Shown: in pieces, positions 1-11,109 of the stretch | Numbering within the stretch: position 1 is the first letter of the stretch | Layout of the letters: the number at the start of each line of letters is the position of its first letter | Assembly: GCF_021028975.2 (NCBI RefSeq) | Contig: NC_059425.1 | Coordinates: 26,350,001-26,414,000, forward strand | Source of the DNA: Sphaerodactylus townsendi | Lineage: Eukaryota | Reading direction: 5' to 3' | DNA: 64,000 nucleotides | Translations under genes and position numbers: made by a program | Notes under the pieces: generated by a model | Database searches by the model: none | Seen by the model: only the letters and a program-made list of their open reading frames with translations | What the model was told of the DNA's origin: nothing

Positions 1-384
1 TGTTCATTGTTAAGTGAGGCTTTCTTTTCTAGAACCGCTCAACCCCACCAACATTGCTGGTACCACCATGCACCATGACTGCCGATTCCTTCTGGTCACT
101 ACTCTAACAGCCTATCTAAATTGTACATTACGCCTGCAGCATTTGCACCTGACAGGTGAATTACCATGAGGTCAAAACATCCACCAGAAATCTGCCTCCC
201 TAATTATAGAGAAGCCCCTCCCTGCTCTGCCACCAACCTCACAAAGGAAGATTTCAGCGTGAGTTCACTACAGAGATCGCAGGTTGGGTTTGGGTCCCCA
301 TAATATGCCAGTTGTACCACAATGAAACATAAGTTTGAGTTCTCCTTAATTCCTGAGTATGCAATACTTAATACAATGACTTAT

Positions 385-820
385 AGAATCATAGAGTTGG
401 AACAGACCACAAGAGCCAGCAAGTCCAACCCGCTGCCATCCAGAAACACACAATTAAAGCACTTCCGACAGATGGCCTCTGTTTAAAAACCTCCAAAGAA
501 ATAGACTTCTTGGCATAGGAGGGCATCAAACGGAAGGGGAGGGAAACGTGGGGGGGGGGGGCTGTTCACATATGCAGATAGGGTTGAGGTGGAGGGTGTC
601 AGAGGCAGTGTATTCCACCGTTGAACAGCCCTTACTGTCAGGAAGTTCTTCCTAATGTTTAGGTGGAATCTCTTTTCCTGCATTTTGAATCTATTACTCC
701 ATGTCTGGAGCAGAAGAAAACAAGCTTGCTCCCTCTTCAACATGCAATCTCTTCAAATATGTAAACACGGTTATCATGTCACTCTTTGTCCTTCTCTTCT
801 CCTGACTGAACATACCCAGT
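385..820 (-). mobile_element. CR1 LINE 3' fragment (interrupted at 506-600)
   Basis: Minus-strand tail TTCCAACTCTATGATTCT; RT C-terminus FHLNIRKNFLTVRAVQRWNTLP. Confidence 0.85.
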
Positions 821-1718
821 CCTCTTCCTCCCCTGCGAAAGTAGGGCTTCTGACTTCCTCTTCTGTTACTTTTGCAGCTTGTAACAGTGTCAGGAAGTGC
901 CACTGAGTCTCTTGGGGAAACCCACGCAAATCCCAGAGAATATGCAGGTCCCTCTATATATAGATCCCCAGGAATTGTTTCAGATAAGAAAATGGTGCAA
1001 GAAAGAGGCCCTGTGAACCTAACCAGGTCCTGAACCTACTAATCAGGACACCAACACCTCCCTCAACCCAATCTGCATACTCTGTAATACGTGAACAGCC
1101 CGCCCCCACGCTTCCCTCCCCTTCCGTTTGATGCCCTCCTATGCCAAGAAGACCCTCACTTTACATGACAGCAGACGAGCAGTCAGTGGTCAGTCCTGGG
1201 TGCCGACTGCTCCCGGTAAGTGCCTGGCAGCCTCATCATCCACATACCTTTCCCGGGTTCTCCAAGTCAGCAAACTCAGCCTCAAGGGAACAAACTTGTT
1301 TTGAGAGCCAGGAATTCCTTGTTGTTTGCATATAACCACACATCTGCCCTGCAGGGAGATACTCATACACGTGACCCCGTGCCATGCCCAACGTTTTCCC
1401 CACCTCCTAAGGGAGGTTTACTCTTTGAAGCACATTTGCTTCAAAGCCAAAGGTGTTTGACTCCTGCCATAAAGATTCTTCCACAAATTTTGTAGTTAGA
1501 GCGACTGACCCTGCTCCTGAGTTGGCCCACGGGCCTCACTGACCTCTTATATCCAGATACTTTTTGTCCCAGTTGCTCTTTTGCATTTGCAAGGTTGTGC
1601 CTTAAAAAGAGAGGCACACGCTGGAATGAAGTGATCTGAAAGCTCTACGTCCCGTTCCCCCGATCATCTTACATTTGGCGAGAACCTGCTGGATGAGATG
1701 GGCCAGGAGAAGCACTCT

Positions 1719-1845
1719 GGACACAGTGTGTAACAGACTTCCCTCTGTGATACCCCTCTGAAGATGCCAGCCACAGATGCAGGCGAAACAAGGAACAAGA
1801 TCCACCCGACCACGGCCACACAGCCTGGAAAACCCACCACAACCA
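1719..1845 (+). mobile_element. Penelope-like (PLE) pLTR fragment with a degenerate hammerhead core
   Basis: CCTCTGAAGATGCCAGCCACAGATGCAGGCGAAAC; near-identical to the copies at 3.7 and 6.6 kb; cleavage triplet lost. Confidence 0.7.
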
Positions 1846-2299
1846 CTCTGCCAGTGTATAGAGACACAAATTCCAGGGCCATACCTGCCACTGAAGACAG
1901 CTTTCAGGGGTGGTCGACCTCTGGTTCCAACAGCAGCCTGAAAAGCAAGCCTGTGCATCCAATGACTTCCCCCACCCCAGTCTTCCAGACCCCACACCCT
2001 AGTTTTATTTATTTATTCATTCATTCATTCATTCATTCGATTTGGTAAACTGCCCTATCCCCAAAGGGCTCAGGGCAGTGTACAAACATGCCAACCAATA
2101 CAATGTAATTTAAAGGCACAAATCGAATAATCCAAATTAAAACAATAAATACAGTACAATAAAAACAGTAGCAGTAATAACCCATCCATAATTAACTAAA
2201 TAGATGACCTCTGGCATTAAACCCCGGGAGGGGACCGGCTCGGTGTTCAAGTGAGCAGATGGCACATAAGGCAACAGAGAGGGGCGGATTCAGCGGCCA

Positions 2300-3010
2300 G
2301 CCTCCCCAAAATTCCTGAGGGGTGACGCCGCTGTGTAAACCGCAGATGCCCCCTACTCCGGATTAGCTGTCTGGGGAACCCGAGGCGCAAAAGGCGTCGG
2401 AAAAGCCAGCCAGCCAGCCCCCGCTCGGCGCGGCGCGCCCCTTCCCATCATCCCAAAGGGCCGCTTTGGAGACGGGGCCTCCAGCAGGGAGAGGGAGACT
2501 CACCTTCTGGAAGGGCGACTCCTCCTCAGCGCCGCCCGCTCCATGAGGCCGCTGGGCGCCCCCAAAGCAGACACGGGGGGGGGGGGAGCGTCCTGGTCGC
2601 GCCGCTGCCACCGCCGGGGCGGGGCGGAGCGGCTCTTTGGAGTCTGCGCGCCCGCCCGGGAATGGCTGGGAAGGAGCAGGCCGAGTCCTCTCGCAGGCAG
2701 GCCTCCCTCTCTCTCTCTCTCTCTCGCTCTCTCGCCCACCTGGCTGCTGCAGGGAAGCGTGGCCGGTCTGGAGTGGGAGCCCCCCCCCCCCCGGCGCAGG
2801 TTTGGAGCTGGCTCTCGGGCCGAGAAAAGGGGGAGAAGGATATGGGTCCTCCTCAGTGCCGCGTCCACACGTGCACGCGTTCACTAGATCCGTTCGAAGG
2901 CTTCTTGCCTTGATCTGTCGGTTGTGGGTGCGCTGATTGTGTGTGACTTCACCTGGCAAGCGAGGAGTGTCTTCGCGTCCAGTTCTCAAAGCGGTGCTGG
3001 AGGGTAGGCG
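2300..3010 (-). promoter_or_regulatory. CpG island with a probable first exon of a minus-strand gene leaving the window (donor AAG|GTGAGT after 2504; ATG at 2544); identity unresolved, SLC29A2 possible by synteny
   Basis: Very high CpG/GC content; GC boxes; E-box CACGTG (2868); (CT)n tract; consensus donor at 2498-2503. Confidence 0.6.
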
Positions 3011-3047
3011 CAAGTTACCTGAGCATCTTAGGTATCTAAGTTGTAAC

Positions 3048-3347
3048 GAAGAAGAAGAAAAGGAGGAGGAGTCTGGATTTATGCCCCACCGTTCTCGCCT
3101 GTAAGGAGACTCAAGGTGGCTTACAAGCTCCTTTCCCTTCCTCTCCCCACAATAGACACCTGGTGAGGTAGATGGGACTGAGAGAGTTCAGAAAGAACTG
3201 TGACTAGCCCAAGGTCACCCAGCAGGAATGTAGGAGTGCGGAAACACCTCTGGTTCACCAGTTAAGCCTCTGCCACTCAGGTGGAGGAGTGGGGAATCAA
3301 ACCTGGTTCTCCAGATTAGAGTCCACCTTCTCTTAATTACCACACCC
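3048..3347 (-). mobile_element. tRNA-derived SINE (Squam3-like)
   Basis: Minus-strand A/B-box head (GTGGTAATTAAGAG..GGTTTGATTCCC), GGGTGACCTTGGGCTAGTCACAG core and (CTT)n tail. Confidence 0.8.
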
Positions 3348-3606
3348 CGCATGTGCAAGGAGATTCATGTCTCCTGGTCCTCACAGTTGTCCCTCTCCCC
3401 TCCTTTCTTCTCGCCTTTTGTCCCAGAAGCCTGGAAAGTGTGTCTGTGCGATTTACTAGCTTGTTCTCACCTTATGCTTCCAGGTGTCAATCAAGGCCAT
3501 TATGCTCGTAGGGTTCCCAAACTGCAACTGGTGTTCTCCTGGAGTTCCGACTGAACTGCAGATTACCCAGATCAGTTCAGCTTCAGAGGACAAACTCTAT
3601 GGTATA

Positions 3607-3833
3607 TTGTCGAAGGCTTTCACGGCTGGATTCAACTGGTTCTGGTGGGTTTTCCGGGCTGTGTGGCCATGGTCTGGTGGATTTTGTTCCTAACGTTTCG
3701 CCTGCATCTGTGGCTGGCATCACTTTTCTCTGTGATACCCCTCTGAAGATGCCAGCCACAGATGCAGGCGAAACGTTAGGAACAAAATCCACCAGACCAC
3801 GGCCACACAGCCCGGAAAACCCACCAGAACCAA
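3607..3833. mobile_element. Inverted PLE pLTR pair with an intact minimal hammerhead ribozyme motif at 3740-3780 (+)
   Basis: 85-bp arms 3637-3721 and 3748-3832 with one mismatch; flanked by TCTATGGTATA/TCTATAGTATA (probable TSD). Confidence 0.75.
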
Positions 3834-4529
3834 TCTATAGTATACCACTGAGTGTGGGGAAATATATCCCCTCCACAGGCACTACTTTCAAATCTCCAGG
3901 AATTTCCCTGGCCAAAGCTCTTCTCAGCCGCCTTCCACATGCCTGCGTACAGTTGCACAATGGCTGGGCTAGAGCATCCGACTGGGGAGACCCAAATCCA
4001 AACTCTCCCTCTCAGGCATGAAACTGTCAGGTGACCTTGGACCAGTTGCTCCCTTGGCTCTAACCTACCTTACGGAGTTGTTGTGAGCCAACCCTTAGAG
4101 AAAGGCTGGAGTTAAAATGCAGTAGACAACAATTTGCACAGCTAGCAAATATTCAACAAGAGCAGCTTCTCCCGATGCTCTGTCAGAATAAAAGAGGGTT
4201 ATTATTCTGGGGGGACAGGTGTGCAGGCCCAAGCAGCCCTCAGGGGAAAACACTCTGCACAGTCTCAGAGGTACTCTCCTAGTGTCCCAGGGTCAAACAG
4301 TGGCACTGGCTAAAATTTGAAGTATGGGCCAGGTTACATATAGCAGTTCCTCTGGCATGATTACGTATGGAAACCTCTCATGAGTCTGCTGCTAGTACCC
4401 CAGTGAGAAAAACACTTCTGCAGCCCATACTAACATCAGTTTCAGTATTGCTTAAGTTTCCGTATCTTCCAGCCAAAGACCTCTGGGAATTGTAGTTTTA
4501 AGGAAGTGGCTGAAGATCATTGCTACTGA

Positions 4530-4776
4530 ATACTAGAACTAGGGGGCATACGTCGAAAATGCTGGGGGGAAGAATTAGGACTAATAAAAAGAAACATTTC
4601 ACGCAACGTGTGATTGGTGTTTGGAATATGCTGCCACAGGAGGTGGTGATGGCCACTAACCTGGAGAGCTTTAAAAGGGGCTTGGACAGATTTATGGAGG
4701 AGAAGTCGATCTATGGCTACCAACCTTGATCCTCCTTGATCTGAGATTGCAAATGCCTTAGCAGACCAGGTGCTCA

Positions 4777-4814
<38 letters not shown>

Positions 4815-4937
4815 CCGTTGCTTTCACATCCTGTATGTGAGCTCCCAAAGGCACCTGGTGGGCCACTGCAAGTAGCAGAGTGCTGGACTAGATGGATTCT
4901 GGTCTGATCCAGCAGGCTCTTTCTTATGTTCTTATGA
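4530..4937 (+). mobile_element. CR1 LINE 3' end (second subfamily) containing a (CAG)n tract at ~4781-4813
   Basis: RTRGH..HFTQRVIGVWNMLPQEVV..FKRGLDRFM; tail TTCTTATGTTCTTATG. Confidence 0.85.
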
Positions 4938-5782
4938 ATTCTCAGCAGCCTCCTAAAGTACCATGCCCAGAATTAATTTTTTGGGAGGGGGTGGGTGGGA
5001 TGAAATCATCAGAAGCAAGTCCGATTCAAATTGCTTAAAATATCCCATGCACATTGCTGCCCTTGGGGTATTGTCCTTGGCTATTTTTTGTGTTCTGCCG
5101 TGTCTTTGGGAATGTTTCATTCTAGAATCCTTTAAAAAAATGATACATAAATTAATGCTCTGCCCTTTACATGTCAGCCATTTTAACAAGGCAAACCAGA
5201 AGGGCTACTTTTGAGAGGTTTTCCAGGCTCAGAAAATAGCAGAGGTCATGCAAGAACAGAAACAACTGGTCTTTACCAAGCAGGGAAAAAAGGGATGAGG
5301 TAACTATTGGTAGAGGTTGCGTTACACAGATAAGCATGTTCAAAATCTGATCTTTTTTAAAAAGCAAAGGAATTATTTGTTTTGGAGAGCAGTGCATTTC
5401 CTGCTGACCTTTCTCCAAACAGTTCAGGGTGACATGTGCTTTCCCCCATTCTAACAACAATGTTGTGGGGTAGGTTAGGTTAAAATATTGTGAGCCTCAT
5501 GGGAAAGAGGAGATTTGCACCTGGATCTTTGCAATCCAAACGCAATACTATCTATGCATCACTAGTGCTACAAAATAAAGCACTGCCGGATCAGACAAGG
5601 ATCTGTCCAGGTCAGCATTGTATTTCTACCAAGGATGCAATTGAAAGGTTACAACAAAATCATGAAGGCAATAGCCTTCCCCAGAGTGCAATATTCAGAG
5701 GTAGACTGCTTCTAAAAATGGAGTTTCAAGTTCGTCATCATAGACTATTGTTCAACCATTCTACCATGGATATGCTTTAACC

Positions 5783-5922
5783 CAGAGGTGTCCAACTCTG
5801 GCGCTTCAAATGTTCATGGACTATAATTCCCACCAGCCCCTGCTGGCAAGGCCAATTGGCCATGTCAGTAGGGGCTGATGGGAATTGTAGTCCATGAATA
5901 TCTGAAAAGTTGGACACTCCTG
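5783..5922. mobile_element. Palindromic hAT-type MITE
   Basis: CAG..CTG termini; internal inverted symmetry; 8-bp TSD CTTTAACC/CCTTAACC; family copies at ~10796-10859, 38881-39013 and 42768-42909. Confidence 0.8.
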
Positions 5923-6606
5923 CCTTAACCTTTCTGGAGCTTTATAAGCAAGCGGTCAAAAGAACATTTACATTGCCTGGCTGAACCAGTGTTCCAAGGC
6001 CCAGTGTTCCAGCATCAGCCAGCCAGATGGCTTTGGTGCATGCACAAGCAGGGAAAGACGACAACAGCCTTTTCCTGGCTATAACATCTGGTATTTAAAG
6101 GTATACTGCCTCTTTACATGGAGGTTCATGAAATGAGCACCTTCAAAGTCAAAGTTGGGGTGGGTGATGGGACAGAGGCTGTACAAACTGCCTGGGCCAA
6201 TTTCAGAGGAAAAGTACGAACCCTGTTGTTTTGCTGAACTTTGAGCTCCTTGCTGCTTTCCCAATCAAACAAGTTTGTACAGCCCTGAATGGAGATCAGA
6301 ACTTTTTTGAGTATTTTCAACCTTTACTTGGGCCTGGGGCTGAACTGGGAGCAGTGGGCGAACTGGGGTCAATTGAACCCCAATGGCCCATATAACATTT
6401 TCCTTCCCCACCCTGCTATTTTCTCTATGGGAAAGCAACAGAAATAAACTGTACCCAAGCAGCATCTCTCGTTCTCACCCTACTTAACTCTTTGATATTT
6501 CCCTGGAAACCCGCCCCCAACCCCCTCATTAAAATCTATACCTACATCACTGTTCCCCACCCTGGGACATGGACAATATACCCCACTAAACTTTCCCTTC
6601 TCACTA

Positions 6607-6734
6607 GACACAGTGTGAAACAGACTTCCCTCTGTGATACACCTCTGAAGATGCCAGCTACAGATGCAGGCGAAACGTTAGGAACAAAATCTACCAGGCC
6701 ATGGCCACACAGCCCGGAAAACCCACCACAACCA
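6607..6734 (+). mobile_element. PLE pLTR fragment with an intact minimal hammerhead motif at 6642-6682
   Basis: CCT-CTGAAGA-T-GCCAGC-loop-GCAGGC-GAAA-CGTT-AGG. Confidence 0.75.
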
Positions 6735-7938
6735 CTTTGCAGTGCAGTCCTTACTACAGATATAGTCTTCTAAATTCACTGAAGTGAATGGGCTTAAGGA
6801 CGTAACTTTGTTTAAGATAACGCTGTTTGAAGAACAGAGGCATGGAGTTTCAGTACCTTCTTCTGATTCTTTCCGTATTGATTGAATACCAGACTGAGGA
6901 CCAGAGAAAGATATCAGCTTTATCAGCGGCCAGAGTTGGGACATCTGCTCCTCTGCCTTAAATTGATGTGCTGAAAAAGAATTGGGGGAGGCGCCAGCTG
7001 CGTTTATCATTTAGGAATGGAGGAAGCCACATAACCCCTCCTCAAGGAATTTGAGTCCCACTGCCCGTCTTTGCAATTGGTTCCTGAGCCAGTAGGGTTG
7101 CCAGCTGACTCGGGGAAGCAATCTTGACTGCTTTTTCTGCCCTGAAATATAGCAGGTCACACTTGTCATGGCAAGGAGATCTGTAGGCTCAGTAAATTAA
7201 TGCCTTCGGATCTGAGCCCTGTTTAAGGCACGTAGGAGCAAAGCCAGGTTTGAAAAAATAGCACTTCATAAAGTCAGCTTCTCTCGCATTAGAAATCTAG
7301 GCGGTGAAATGTCTCATAACACACAAGCTGGAGAAACCTTTTAACCGAGAGCAGATATTGCAATGAAGCCCCACTCCCCCACCCCGCCGCCCCTATATCC
7401 AGGGCTAAACATTGAATGTGCACCAATTTCCTCTCCTGACCTTCACAATGACCCTCCGTACGCTTTGATCTTCTGCGTAGAAAAGGAAGTTTTTCAGGCG
7501 TTACATCAGGTTTCTTTTTGTTTTCCCGCCAAGAGGGACACGTCAGAACAGAATGTACTTATGCCTCAGCACCAGCAGAGGGCGGTAAGATTCCTTAAAT
7601 AACAAATGGCTCAACTGAGCTTTCTTTGCAAGAACAGGCTAGAGTCCAATTCCAGTTTTCTGGGTCTTCCAAACAGTGTTTCAGGTTCCCTTTGAATGTA
7701 TGACCTGCACAGGTTGGCTTGGATAGGGAATTTATTGACTCTGGATTTATTTTGGTTAAGAAAGATAAATATGTATCTTGGACTGAATTGCTAGTTAGGA
7801 GAAGAGGCAAAAATTATGAGAGGAAGTAATAAACAGGAATGAAGGCAGCGTAGAAGGCAGGCAAGATACTAATAAAATATTTTCTGGCCCAACTTCTTAC
7901 AAAATACATTAGCTCTGTTATATACACGTATACCCCAT

Positions 7939-8285
7939 TAGGTTGCCAACTTCCAGGTGGTGGCTGGAGAGCTCCCTGAATTCTGATTTATTTCCAGGCT
8001 ACAGCAGTGATGTAGCACCAAGGGGAAGAGGGGGTGCGTGATGCACCGGGTGCGGCCCAGTGCAGGGGCGTGGTGTAGCTGTGGTGGGGCAGGGGTGCAG
8101 GGCGCATTTGTGCCCTGGACGCAGCTCCCCCTCGCTCCGACCCTGGGCTGCAGAGATCAGTTCCCCAGGAGAAAATGGCTTGGAAAGTAGTCTTTATGGC
8201 ATTATGCTGAGGCCTTTGCCTCTTCAAACACTCCAGGCTCTGCCCCCAAAGTATCCAGAAATGTCCCAACCTGGAGCTGGTAAAG
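7939..8285 (+). repeat. Dispersed repeat (GGTTGCCAAC...AGAGATCAGTTCCCC.GGAGAAAATGG family) with a GC-rich insert; other copies at ~22125-22330(-), 26190-26382, 35715-35855(-) and 58545-58757(-)
   Basis: Multiple diverged copies in the window; GGTTGCCA/TGGCAACC ends suggest a MITE. Confidence 0.65.
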
Positions 8286-11109
8286 GCAACACTAAGCAGT
8301 TTATAGCATTGTTCCCCTCTCCTCCATTTTATCCTCACAACAACTGTCTTCAACAGCTGCCACCCCACAAGAATCTGCCAGAGGGACATGGGGGGGTCAA
8401 TTGCCCTCAGGTGTCCCCCATTAGGTCACGTGGGGGGTGCCTGGCAGGCCTGCAGCCTGGCCCCACTAGCCTTCTCCTTTAGCTGGCAGAGGTTCCCCTG
8501 GTGCCCTTCAGCCTGGCCCCGTCACTGGCTAAGGAAAGGGGGGCACGCGGGGCACGCGGGGGGGGGGGGCGCCTGGAGCAGGTGTTGCCCCAGGTGCCAT
8601 TTTCCCCTGGTATGCATCTGGGTGGCAGCATCTCCAGTCACAGGCAGCAGGTCTTGGAAAAGGCCTGTTTAGTTCCTGGTCTAATACTTTGGAGAGCTGC
8701 TTGTGTTGCAAGTGCGCGGTGCTGAACTAGACTGAGCAAAGGCCTGACCCCGTATTTAGGCCTTGCTTTTTCCCCCAGTGGAAACCCAAAGTGATGTACA
8801 GTCGTCCTTCTGTCTTCCATTTTATCTTCACTAAGCTTATGAGGCAGGATAGACTGATAGAGAGTGAATGGCCCAAGGTCATCCAGCGAACCTCCATGCC
8901 AGACTAAGGGGTCAAATTTGGGACACAGTCCCTAGTTTGATCCTATTACCACTACACCACACTGTCAACTTCATCTGTTCATCCAGCCCTGCTCGAGCAC
9001 AAGAAAATGGATAGTCATCTGGATCCTTATTTTTTCCCGTGGTTTGGCCCATTATCCCCGAGGAGACCAGCTGCTCCCCATCTCCCTAAGGGTTCTGAGC
9101 AAGACCACCCCACTTCCAAATCCTTTGGTCTTTCCTCATATGTCGTATTCTCTGGTCCTGTTGAATTGCTTTTCTCTGTTCTTCTTCACCTTCTTTCCAC
9201 TTGCTTGCTCGGCATGTGTATATGTTAAGTGATCAGCCAGAACTTAGGGCAAAGATCGCACCAGTACTGAGCAGAAGGGGAGAGAACGCCAACTCTGTCC
9301 AATCTCACCCCCCCATTCCAAAGTGGTTTTTCCCTTTCTATAGCATAGCATTGCAGAGTTTTTGAAGCTCCCTTGCTTTAGTAATGGCCTGTCTCATGGC
9401 ATGGTGAAATGTGGGGAGCGAGCTTCTTATTGACCTAAACATCAAATCTACAGTGAGAGACAGAATGCTGGACTTTTGATGTGTTCTTGAGTTGTTGAGA
9501 ACTGGGAAATCTCAGCTTTAAGTTTCACCCTGGTGAAAAAATTCTCTGTATAGCCGTAGGACAGCCATGGTTCTCTGAGGCTGCATGGGGGATAGTAGTA
9601 GTAGCCATCAAGGTTTTTATAAAGATCAGGTATATGAACTGGAACAAATCATCCAGCGTCTGTGTAACTTCCTTTGTAATACTCCTTCTCCTTCTTTTCC
9701 ATATGACCTCTCTCATCATTTACTTGTTTTCCCACTGTCTGATTCTGAGTTGAAATTCTGTGGAGCAGGAATTTATTTATTTTTTGCTTCCATGGGAGCA
9801 GCCCATAAATTGACGAGGGTTCTGCCCCAGAAAGAAAAAACCCAGCAAGGTGGTTTCTTCTGTCCTTGCTGCGCTTCACGGTCAATTTGACGGGATGGAC
9901 AATCCCCCTCCCCTGATCAAAGTTTGTACTTCTTGGCTGTGTGGAACACCGTAAAGGAGAAACAGATTATATATGTACGATCTATCCTTCGTTTATACAT
10001 ACTTCATTTTTTTATCATTCCCCTTTTTAAAGGAATTCTCTCTTTTGCTCATTCTATCTGACAATGATCCTGCAAAGCGCATCCCAAAATATTACAAATA
10101 CACCCCCAAGTAAGCACTTTGCTTTACGGAGAACAACTTGTCAGTGGTCCCTGGCTCAAAAAGTGTCCGGCTGTCCTCAACCAGGGCCAGAGCATTCTGA
10201 GCTCTGGCTCCAGCCTGGTGGAATGCTCTGTCGAATGAGACCAGGGCCCTGCGGGACTTGCTTCAATTCTGCCGGGCCTGTAAGATGGAGCTATTGTGCC
10301 AGGCCTACGGTTGAGGGCAGCAATGGCATTTCCGACAGAACTGGCCTCCCTGTCCCTATCCTCATCCCTTCCCTGCCCCCTTTCCCTTTCTCTTTTCCCC
10401 AATTAGATCTTCTCATTCCTTTGTTAGATCAGGTTTTAGTGCCATTGGCTGACGTGCTAGGAGTTGACACTGTGTATATTCGTTGCAAGCTGCACTGAGC
10501 CCATCGTGGGGAAGGGCAGCCTATAAATCAAAAATAAAATAAAAAATGAATAGTTTAGGTTAAGAGAAAATGACCAGGACCAACCAATGGGACTGTGTTA
10601 GGATTTTAACCCAAGGGGCCCCAGTCCCAGTCTGACACTCTAATAGCCACACCATCTTGTTCTCCTAATATAACAAGTGTGCCAACCTGTCTGTACAGCT
10701 TAATCCATGTATGTACCATATTCAGAGCAAAATATGCAGTTATGTATTTTGCATGCATGATGGTGACCCTGATCTTCAGGGTCACCATTCCCTCCTGGCA
10801 GGGGCTGATGGGAATTGTAGTCCATGAACATCTGGAGAGCCACAGGTTGCAGACCCCTGCCCTATACAGATTTTGTCTGCACATAGTAAAAAATATCACA
10901 AGAAGAAATTTCTGCTGGACCCACAAACACAATTGTTTTGGGTTGTTATTAACTATGATTCTCCTGTGCGGAACCTTACACTAAAAATCCATATGAACTA
11001 TTATCCCATTTTTCTTTTAATTCCATCGATATGTTGAGATATTGATAATACACCTTATGCTGTGTTTGCATCATTGCTTCAAAAAAAAACCACTCTTCCC
11101 CCTAGCTTT

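Noticed and set aside
2363-3013. 216-aa ORF and overlapping ORFs in the CpG island
   Set aside because: Stop-poor GC-rich sequence with a (CT)n tract; no recognisable domain; ORFs are open in several frames
1719-6734. Recurrent MPATDAGET ORFs as a gene family or CRISPR-like repeats
   Set aside because: They are translations of dispersed PLE pLTR copies; there is no regular repeat-spacer array and the DNA is eukaryotic
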